Shown here: in pieces, positions 1 to 8,444 of the stretch
Layout of the letters: each line of letters starts with the position of its first letter
How positions within the stretch are numbered: the first letter of the stretch is position 1
Source of the DNA: Tubiluchus corallicola
Taxonomy: Eukaryota; Animalia; Priapulida
DNA: 58,923 nt
Direction: 5' to 3'
NCBI GenBank assembly: GCA_030141605.1
Contig: JAQGDQ010002414.1
Span: 1-58,923 of the forward strand
Made by a program: the position numbers and the translations under genes
Notes under the pieces: generated by a model
The model's database searches: none
What the model saw: the letters and a program-made list of their open reading frames with translations, nothing else
Told to the model about the DNA's origin: nothing

Positions 1-3000
1 CGCTTCATCTACTTTAAAATGAACTAAATCACCATAATTAATATCCCCTGTCTTGCTGGCACTAAAATCTATGCTTTCGTCAGTTATTACGTTAATATAT
101 TTATGTCCTCCAACGCTACAACCATTCTCAAAATTATACTCATAATCTATGATATGTATGCCTACTCCAGCTTCTTGTGGGTGAAATTTATTGTCATTCA
201 CTCCCGTACCATAAAATGTGCCTCCTTTAATATTCACGCTTTTCATTAAATCCACAGGATTATCATCACATACATTCGGTAAATCGGTGAATTGAAAACC
301 TGCCTTTCGATGCACATCTATTAATATGTTTTTTTCTAATATACATCCGTCTTGATTATCTTTATAAGTAATTGTCCACACTCCCTTTCCAGCATTAGAA
401 GGGCTAAATGTATTTCCATTAATTACTGCTCTTCCACTAAATAACCCGCCACTATGATTTTCAAGATAATTAGGTAAATATATCTCTTGACCATCTGCAC
501 ATAGAGGAGGTATATCTTTAATATTGACTTTTTTGTCCCATAAAGCATCAGTCTTAACGCTCGTATTGACTGTACTCACACATCCTCGCTCATTTGTGTA
601 TTGATATGTTACAGTATGATTTCCAATACCCGCAACATTTGTATTGAAAAAAGTTCCAGTTACTCCGCCACCGATGAACTCCCCGCCTAACCTATTTACA
701 TAATCAGATAAATCAATTAGACTATCTTTGTAACATTGTGTTGGTATCGTAGTAAAAGAGATTGGTTCGGCAGGAAGAACATTAATTTTATCACTTAATT
801 CTAAAATACAACCATTGTTTCCGTCTTTAAATATTTGATAACGTTCAATTCGTCAGTCGCTTGTCAGGACGAAAATAATCGCCCTCAACCCTGTTACCAC
901 GAAAATAACCATCAGTGTTTACGTAATTTCTTAAATTCAATGCGTCAGAATTTACACATAATTCGCGAGGTAATCCGCTTAACACAACTGAATTAGAGAT
1001 ATTATCCTTGACAGTAATTGTTTTACTTCCTCTAACCTCACAACCATAACCATCTTCATAAGTAAAACTAATAGTATAGCTTGCATCTTTGTTAACATCA
1101 TTTGGAATAAAATATGCACTATCAGCTATACCTGTACCTTCAAAATATCCTCCTACCCCACTACCATCATCATAACGCTCTTGTAGATTTACATAATTAA
1201 ACAAATCTATAGGGGAGTCATAACATACTGTAGGGAGATTATTAAAAATTAAATTTTTTAATGGCTTAACCTCCACGTGTTTACTTATCTTTTCGTCAAA
1301 AGGACAAACAGGATTGCCACTGACATAATTTATTTCAAATATGCCCGCTCCAGATACTGTCGGATTAAAAAAGTTACCACTTACACCATTACCATTAAAA
1401 ACACCTCCTGTATGTTCATCAACTAATACTGACAAATCTATTGGAGTGCCCCGAACACAAGTAATGGGAATATCATTAAAAATAATATCTCTACTATATT
1501 TTTCTTCTACAACAAATTCTCTTTTTTATATTCATAACTACAATTATCATTCATTATTTTATACTTAATTTCTTGTATACTCCCTTGTGTCAAAACAAAG
1601 GTATTTAGAATGCCATCGGGCAATTCTATGTTGTTGTGATGCCATGTCCCGCTATATTTACTTATAGACTGGTCATTTATACTTATTTGTTGATATAAAT
1701 CCAAATTTTCATCATAACATAAATTTTCTTCTATATTCCAATTCAATGTAATAGCAGGCTTTACTTCTATGGTTTTATTCATTAAAAATGTATAACCTCC
1801 ATAATTAAGGGTATAAGTGATGGTTGTAACACCATCCCAGCCGCTTACATTCAATATATTTTTTTGTCCAGAAACTAATGCTGAATGGTGAGAGGATGTA
1901 AACGTGCCAGTTGCAATTCTACAGGAACACCCGAAGTATTCAACTCTACAAAATCTAATAAATTCACATTATCATTGCCACCACAAAAACTATCGGGAAA
2001 ACCATTCCAACTTGCTTTAAATGTATTGTCCTCTACGGTTACTTGAAAATTGTAATTTTTAATACAATTTCCAACACCAGCAGTGGCAATCAAGTTGACA
2101 TGTCTCTCTTCTTTATAATGACTTCCAATGTTGTTGCCAAACAATAATCCCGCATCGATATACCACTTTCCATTTACTTTTTTCACGGTTATTACTACCA
2201 CTTATAGCAGCTACTTCATTAGGAACGTCTAACGCAATTCTAAAATTACTTTCTTCATTGCCTCTCGTTAACTGAAAAGTTTGATTATTAACTAAAAAAT
2301 TAGGAGCAGCGAGAACTTCTATTGTCAACTGATATGTCTTCCCTAACAATCTGTAATAAACTATGTTTTTACCAATATTTGCGAATGAAGGATTGAACTT
2401 AGCAGTTGTTGCATCGCCTCCAGCTACATTCACACCAACTCCCGTAATTTCTACATTAGATTTTACGAAATTGTTTTTATGGCGATTTTCTAAAATATTC
2501 CATAAGTTTATATTTATATTATCTTCTTTACAATATATAGTATTATAAGAATTATTAGTCGTATTGTTAAAAGACAAGCCCTCTTCTCTTATACTCGACA
2601 TTACATTAACGTTGACGTCCTCCCAACACCTCCTTTCAAAATAAAAATTAAGATTTTGGAGAGAATTACTATTGCCGTTTACTTCCCAAGTGAGTGGAAT
2701 TATACTTGTCGACCAATTTGGATTTTTATTTGGTCTTCCAATATTTTCTATAAGAGAACTGCCGTTTCTTACCAATACGAATGTATGATTATGATCTGTT
2801 TCAGACGTATAAATATGTTCACAATTATTACTATTCTTTGCCTGAAAAAAGATGTTAATAATATCATCTGTATTTGATTCCCATTCGTCATAATAACGCA
2901 TCTTATGAATAATAAAAGTTAATTTTTCACCTTTGTAGTAAGGATAAGGGAAACGAATGTCAGCAAGATAGTTGTGAGTTTCTTCCCTTATCGTAACAAA

Positions 3001-3072
3001 TGAACGATTGCTCTGTGAATAAGAAGTTATGCTAAAAAAAATTATTATTATGACTACAACTATCTGTTTCAT
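1..3072 (-). CDS. Large secreted surface/adhesin-like protein with about 9-10 Cys-paired Ig-like repeats; interrupted by 4 frameshifts; continues past the left window edge
   Basis: Signal peptide MKQIVVVIIIIFFSITSYSQ. ORFs 2113-3072, 1875-2201, 1507-1854, 845-1435 and an open frame from about 860 to position 1 join after small indel corrections near 2190, 1917, 1522-1527 and 861. Repeats look like C...IDL..YV...GG.F.G.GV....F.P..AG.G...I.Y....GC. The last stretch (FSASKTGDINYGDLVHF) resembles the start of a PKD domain. Confidence 0.85.
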
Positions 3073-3079
3073 ATTTATT

Positions 3080-3721
3080 TTAATTTATTTTTTCTAATAC
3101 AGAATGAAACTTTATATACTCATCAGTATACTCGTCATTCTCGTCCTTGAAGTACATCCCATTAAGTATATAAAAGTTACCCTTCTCTAAAAATTTTTGC
3201 CCCATCTTTATTAGCAAATGAGCTGAACGTGTCTCCCCATTAAAATAAATACCTGTAGGGCCCTCCGACGCTTGCATAATAGTAATTGTATCATTTTCCA
3301 ACATTTTAATTGTAAAGTCAACCACACTTTCAATAAAAGGAACATTCCTAGGATCTTCATAAGCAAACCAATATGCATCTCTATCAAGCTTATACTGATT
3401 TGTACTATCATTATAAGTATATACAATTGTTGTTGTATCCTCTCCACTCCAAAGTTTAAACGACTCAATGATTCCTTCCTTAGTTCTTTCATTTCCTTCT
3501 CCCAAGTCTAAAAGCCACTGAGGGGCTAATTTTACAGCTTCATCAGAAGAAAAAACAAACCCTTCTATTCCTACTGCCTGCCATGTGTGTCCTTTAAATT
3601 CTTCAAGAAAGGGAAGAGGCTTTACAGGGTCATTTGTTTTGCAACCTATGCAACTTATTATTACTAAGGCGATGACACTTATAGTTATTATTGTTTTTTT
3701 TATTCTTTTCAAATTTTTCAT
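3080..3721 (-). CDS. Hypothetical lipoprotein
   Basis: 213 aa with a basic N-terminus, hydrophobic stretch and lipobox-like IISCIGC-K. Stop is 7 nt before the adhesin start, suggesting an operon. Confidence 0.8.
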   Translation of the reverse strand: MKNLKRIKKTIITISVIALVIISCIGCKTNDPVKPLPFLEEFKGHTWQAVGIEGFVFSSDEAVKLAPQWLLDLGEGNERTKEGIIESFKLWSGEDTTTIVYTYNDSTNQYKLDRDAYWFAYEDPRNVPFIESVVDFTIKMLENDTITIMQASEGPTGIYFNGETRSAHLLIKMGQKFLEKGNFYILNGMYFKDENDEYTDEYIKFHSVLEKIN

Positions 3722-3762
3722 AATTATTGTTTTTTAGATTGTGATTTTATTACCTTTTTTAT

Positions 3763-4050
3763 ATTTCTTTTAATATCAAACCACAACCACAATACAGAGG
3801 TACGGAACAAAGGTTATCGTTAATTTCTTTTTAATATCAAACCACAACGTAAAAGCCAATGAAGCTTAGCTTTCAAATAACAAATATCGTTAATTTCTTT
3901 TTAATATCAAACCACAACGTAAGCAGCTTGGCAAATGCACGCGGCAATAATATCGTTAATTTCTTTTTAATATCAAACCACAACGAGGGTTTTGTTTTCA
4001 AATTTGAACGAGCCAATATCGTTAATTTCTTTTTAATATCAAACCACAAC
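3763..4050 (-). CRISPR. Orphan mini CRISPR array: 5 repeats (3 perfect, 1 near-perfect, 1 truncated) and 4 spacers; type II-C/VI-B-like geometry
   Basis: On the + strand aatatcgttaatttctttttaatatcaaaccacaac is exact at 3883-3918, 3949-3984 and 4015-4050, has 2 mismatches at 3813-3848 and is partial at 3763-3787. Unique spacers are 25, 34, 30 and 30 nt. Strand is inferred from the GTTG start of the repeat and the degenerate terminal copy. Confidence 0.88.
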
Positions 4051-4217
4051 TTTTGCTATTTGCATAAAAATAAAAACTTTTTTTGTTCAGCAGAATTATT
4101 TGTAAATACTACCATCCTGTTTTCTGGATTTCGGCTGTTCCAAAAGATAATTAAATAATTTTTTAAAATATAGATTTTACTTATATTGCTGCTTAAATAA
4201 ATATAAATTTTGTAAAA

Positions 4218-5585
4218 ATGAAAGCTTTAAATTATATACAGAAAAATAAAAAGAAGTTTTTGAATGAGCTGGTTGAGTTATTAAAAATCCCTTCAATAAG
4301 TGCTGATTCAAAATATAAGCAAGACGTTTTGAATTGTGCTGCGCACATCAAAAAACAGTTTGACATTATTGGTGTAGATAAGTCCGAAGTAATGCAGACT
4401 ACTGGATTTCCTATAGTATATGCTGAAAAAATTATAGACAAAAGTTTGCCAACAGTTTTAGTGTATGGACATTATGATGTACAGCCTGTAGACCCAATAG
4501 AACTCTGGAACTCTCCGCCATTTAAGCCTGAGATTAAAAATGAGAAAATATATGCTAGAGGTGCTTGCGATGATAAAGGGCAGTTTTTTATACATTTAAA
4601 AGCCTTTGAAGCAATGCAAGAAACAGGAGAGTTGCACTGCAACTTGAAATTTATAATAGAAGGAGAAGAGGAAATAGGCTCACCTTCCTTAGAACAGTTT
4701 ATAAAGGAGCATAAAGACTTGTTAAAATCAGATGTTATTCTTGTTTCAGATACAAGTATGTTATCGCTTGAAAACCCCTCTACAACTGTTGGATTAAGAG
4801 GATTAAGTTATCTTGAAATAGAAGTTACGGGGGCAAATAGAGACCTGCACTCAGGGACATATGGTGGTGCTGTTGCTAACCCCATAAATACACTTTGTGA
4901 AATGATAGCTTCGCTAAAAGATGAAAATAATAGAATTACTATACCTGGATTTTATGATGATGTGGAAGTATTAAGCTCATCACAAAGGCAAAAAATACAA
5001 GAGATACCTTTTGATGAAGAAGAGTATAAAAAAGAGTTAGAAATAGATGCGGTAGAAGGGGAGAAAGGCTATTCAACCCTAGAAAGAATAGGAATACGCC
5101 CAACGCTTGATGTAAATGGTATTTGGGGAGGATACATAGGAGAGGGAGCTAAAACGGTGCTGCCATCTAAAGCTTTTGCGAAAATTTCTATGCGACTTGT
5201 TCCCAATCAAAGCCATCAAAAAATAACAGAACTATTTGTGAAGCATTTCAACTCCATTGCTCCAAAATCTGTAAAAGTAAAGATGACCCCACATCATGGC
5301 GGTAACCCAGTAATAACGCCGACTGATTCTATTGCTTTTGAAGCATCAGAAAAAGCATTTTTAGATATTTGGGGGAAGAAAAACATTCCCACAAGAGATG
5401 GAGGAAGCGTTCCTATTGTTGCGTTGTTTAATGATGTATTAAAAGTAAATACAGTGCTGTTAGGTTTTGGGCTAGATAGTGATGCTATTCACTCTCCTAA
5501 TGAGAGCTTTGGTGTTTTTAATTTTTATAAAGGAATAGAAACAGTTGTAGCATTTCACAAACACTTTACTTCTTTAAAAAAATAG
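4218..5585 (+). CDS. M20 family dipeptidase (ArgE/DapE-like)
   Basis: Motifs YGHYDVQP, ARGACDDKGQ, EGEEEIGS, DLHSG and HSPNE. Confidence 0.93.
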   Translation: MKALNYIQKNKKKFLNELVELLKIPSISADSKYKQDVLNCAAHIKKQFDIIGVDKSEVMQTTGFPIVYAEKIIDKSLPTVLVYGHYDVQPVDPIELWNSPPFKPEIKNEKIYARGACDDKGQFFIHLKAFEAMQETGELHCNLKFIIEGEEEIGSPSLEQFIKEHKDLLKSDVILVSDTSMLSLENPSTTVGLRGLSYLEIEVTGANRDLHSGTYGGAVANPINTLCEMIASLKDENNRITIPGFYDDVEVLSSSQRQKIQEIPFDEEEYKKELEIDAVEGEKGYSTLERIGIRPTLDVNGIWGGYIGEGAKTVLPSKAFAKISMRLVPNQSHQKITELFVKHFNSIAPKSVKVKMTPHHGGNPVITPTDSIAFEASEKAFLDIWGKKNIPTRDGGSVPIVALFNDVLKVNTVLLGFGLDSDAIHSPNESFGVFNFYKGIETVVAFHKHFTSLKK

Positions 5586-5609
5586 CGATACTCATGGCAT
5601 AACTTGTTT

Positions 5610-6047
5610 ATGAATAGAGCATATTATAAACCAGCATTATTGTTGTTCATATTTTTCTTCTTCTTGACAAGCCATGTGTTTGGGCAAGAAGAGATAAAAA
5701 AGATTATTGTTGAGCATAATAAGGACAGTTTAGAAGAGGATAGTATAACATATGAGCTTATTGTGTTTGATCCCCAATTTGAGACTTACTTGCAAACAAT
5801 AGCAAAACCAATGAATTTTTATTCTCAAAATTATTATGAAAATTGGAACAAGCAATATGTGCAAAAATGGAATGCTAGATATGCAAGCGGGCAATATGGC
5901 AATGTGTATGAAAGTTATATAGACTATGATTACGCCACTGATTATGGATTAGAGTTGAATTATAGACTGTATAATTTTTTTCTGTTTTTTGAAAGGCAAA
6001 CAGGTATTAGTTTCAACCTTCAGTATAATAGATTGCGAAAAAGATAA
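5610..6047 (+). CDS. DUF6146-like secreted protein
   Basis: Signal peptide plus DS..YELIVFDP.F...YYE.WN..YV..WN...IDYD...DYGLELNY.LYNFF pattern. ATG at 5610 is preferred over TTG at 5604. Confidence 0.7.
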   Translation: MNRAYYKPALLLFIFFFFLTSHVFGQEEIKKIIVEHNKDSLEEDSITYELIVFDPQFETYLQTIAKPMNFYSQNYYENWNKQYVQKWNARYASGQYGNVYESYIDYDYATDYGLELNYRLYNFFLFFERQTGISFNLQYNRLRKR

Positions 6048-6081
6048 AGCCAGATACTATCTTTTAGTAAAGGCTATGTGT

Positions 6082-6113
6082 AAAAAAGGAGTGCGAAATA
6101 GCACTCCTTTTTT
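6082..6113. terminator. Bidirectional intrinsic terminator
   Basis: aaaaaaggagtgc-gaaata-gcactcctttttt between convergent genes. Confidence 0.85.
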
Positions 6114-6138
6114 AATTATATAATTATATACAAACCTT

Positions 6139-7365
6139 CTACCTTTCTTCTAAGATTGTCACATATCCTTTTTTCACACGTATTCCATTATTAACTATTA
6201 ACAGATAAGAACCGCCTGGCAATCGTTGACCATCAAAAGTACCGTCCCATGGGTTCTCTGCATAATTTTTTCCTCCAGTCATACTAAATATTAATTTTCC
6301 CCATCTGTTAAAAATCATTACCTCTACCTTTGAGTCTAAATCATCTGGATAAGAATCTATTCCTCTAATTACCAATACGTCATTTATTCCATCATTGTTA
6401 GGAGTGATAGCAAAACAAAAATCGCATTCTAATGTCTTATCAGATAGAGTAAAACTACCTAGCTCTTGTACGTGGTACATGACAACAGATTGTCCTTCTC
6501 GTGAAGGCTCGCTTTCATCTACTTTCACCCATTCTATTCCTTCATCTAATTGAAATGCTCCTAAATTTTCTTTTGGTAGATTGTTGAGTTCACTTTCTAG
6601 ATATTGAAACTCTAATTTGGCATCCAATCCTTCGTTCTTTTCTGGCTCTATTACAAACTTACGATTAATACCTTCCAGTGTGGCAGTAATTAATTCTTTC
6701 TTGTGATATCGCCTTATTTCTGTGTCTCCCATATTATACTCTGATGAAATTACTATTCCTAAGTTACCTGGCTCTAAGTTATTGGGGAACGATATATTTT
6801 GTTTTTTGTAAACATGCCCATATCCCTCTGACTCATCATATATATAACTTTCAGCTGTTTCACCAGAAATCACACCTTTTTCCCCTCCACTACCCAATGT
6901 CAATACTCTTCCATCTAAATTGAGCTTACCATCTACCATTTTCAAGGTGTCTAATATTGTAATATCCTTTTTCAGAACTATTTCAGTGTTGAGGTCACGC
7001 TCTTCATCTCCTTGTTGATTTACTATAATGGATTTGAATATTAAATCAGAACTTCCACCAATGTAGCTTTGTTCCCTTTTAAAATCATGTTTCGTGTCGT
7101 CAGAAATAAAAATCATCTGAGAATTTGTCAGGTCTGCTTGACCGTCATTTGTGAAATTGCCATTTATAATAGAAATTTTAATATCTCCTGTAACAGTAAA
7201 TTTAGTTCCATCGTCTATATGTACTCCTGGATCTAACTCAGTAACTTCGTTTAAGTTTCTTTTTGCAAGATTTTTTTTCTTTGATTGAGCAAAAGCACCT
7301 ATGTTTATTGCTGTTATCAGAAGAATTAATAATTTTAATTTTTTCATAGTTATTGTTATTTTCAT
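6139..7365 (-). CDS. T9SS cargo with gliding-motility-associated (type B) C-terminal domain
   Basis: Signal peptide (start may be 7347). C-terminal ITPNNDGIND...IFNRWG...WDGTFDG..LP.GSY...KGYVTI. Confidence 0.88.
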   Translation of the reverse strand: MKITITMKKLKLLILLITAINIGAFAQSKKKNLAKRNLNEVTELDPGVHIDDGTKFTVTGDIKISIINGNFTNDGQADLTNSQMIFISDDTKHDFKREQSYIGGSSDLIFKSIIVNQQGDEERDLNTEIVLKKDITILDTLKMVDGKLNLDGRVLTLGSGGEKGVISGETAESYIYDESEGYGHVYKKQNISFPNNLEPGNLGIVISSEYNMGDTEIRRYHKKELITATLEGINRKFVIEPEKNEGLDAKLEFQYLESELNNLPKENLGAFQLDEGIEWVKVDESEPSREGQSVVMYHVQELGSFTLSDKTLECDFCFAITPNNDGINDVLVIRGIDSYPDDLDSKVEVMIFNRWGKLIFSMTGGKNYAENPWDGTFDGQRLPGGSYLLIVNNGIRVKKGYVTILEER

Positions 7366-7433
7366 AGATAATTACTTCTCTTTTGTATTAAACGCAAAAT
7401 ACATACTTTTTTGCATGTTTCCAAACATTTTTT

Positions 7434-7441
7434 TATATTTG
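7434..7441 (+). promoter_or_regulatory. Bacteroidota primary-sigma -7 element
   Basis: TATATTTG matches TAnnTTTG, about 75 nt upstream of the ATG at 7517. Confidence 0.45.
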
Positions 7442-7516
7442 CCAGCATGCATGGCGCTTAATTTTGTAACTTTTCACTTATAAATTAGATTTCATGCTAT
7501 AAGGTAACCTATAAAT

Positions 7517-8365
7517 ATGCAAAAAATTCAAGGAATAAAAAAAATATTATTATTTTTCGGGCTTACAATTATGTTTTTTGTAGCAGAAGCATCTGATAAT
7601 GTTTCGGAGAAAAACAAACTTAAACAAAAAGCAAAACAAGCATATTTGGATGGGAATTTTGAACAAGCCATAGAAAACTACCTTATTTTAGTAGATTCCT
7701 TTAAGGTAAGAGAGGCACCCGTGCTAATGAATCTTGCACATTCATATTTTCGCACTAATAGCCTAGAAGAAGCAAAGAAATATTATTTACAAATAACAAG
7801 AGGTGATGATGTGGATGATGCAGTAAAGTCAGTAGCACTGCAACAATTAGGAATAATTCATCATAAGAAAGAGAAGGATAGTGAAGGAGCTAAGGACTAT
7901 TTTAAGCAATCTTTGATTGTTAATGCCAGTAATGAAGAGGCGAGGTACAACTACGAATTGTTAAGCAAACTTCAAACTGAAGAACAATCTCAAAATAAGG
8001 ATAACCAACAGAACGGAGATAATAAGCAGAAGGATCAAAGCAATAAAGATGATAGCTCTCAAAAGGACAATAACGACCAAGAGGGCAATGAAAATGAGCA
8101 AAATGAACAACAAGGAGACGGAAAAGAGCACGAAAATGAAAAAAATAGTGCCAAAGAAGAAAACAATGAACCAGATAAGGAAAAAGATACAAATAAAGAG
8201 AAACAACAGCCAACACCTACGCAGCAAAGATTGAAAAAATATAACCTTACAGAAGAGCAGGCACAAGCAATATTAGATGCTATGATGAATTCAGAAATGA
8301 AATATATTCAGCAAAACAAAAGAAAACCGCAAAAAAATATAGACAAATCTAATCCAGATTGGTAG
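7517..8365 (+). CDS. BatC-like TPR protein with Q/N/D/E/K-rich linker
   Basis: TPRs ending in ARYNYEL, a low-complexity linker, EQAQAILDAM and C-terminal PDW. Confidence 0.75.
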   Translation: MQKIQGIKKILLFFGLTIMFFVAEASDNVSEKNKLKQKAKQAYLDGNFEQAIENYLILVDSFKVREAPVLMNLAHSYFRTNSLEEAKKYYLQITRGDDVDDAVKSVALQQLGIIHHKKEKDSEGAKDYFKQSLIVNASNEEARYNYELLSKLQTEEQSQNKDNQQNGDNKQKDQSNKDDSSQKDNNDQEGNENEQNEQQGDGKEHENEKNSAKEENNEPDKEKDTNKEKQQPTPTQQRLKKYNLTEEQAQAILDAMMNSEMKYIQQNKRKPQKNIDKSNPDW

Positions 8366-8444
8366 AAGAGATGTTAAATATTTTGTGTTTTCAGAAAGAA
8401 AATTTGTTTACAACTTAATTGATTATACAAACACTCAAAAAACT

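Noticed and set aside
3997-4008. Perfect palindrome ttcaaatttgaa in a spacer, and tttcaaat shared with another spacer
   Set aside because: Short and AT-rich, so plausible by chance. No self-target was noticed by eye, but that search was not exhaustive.
3859-4158. 99-aa ORF with three NIVNFFLISNHN repeats
   Set aside because: It is the translation of the CRISPR repeats. The 66-nt period keeps the frame, and the ORF starts inside a spacer.
4051-4217. Possible tracrRNA to the right of the array
   Set aside because: No anti-repeat is visible. It is AT-rich leader or promoter sequence.
7920-8266. Hydrophobic antisense ORFs
   Set aside because: They are shadows of the purine-rich low-complexity linker in the BatC-like gene.
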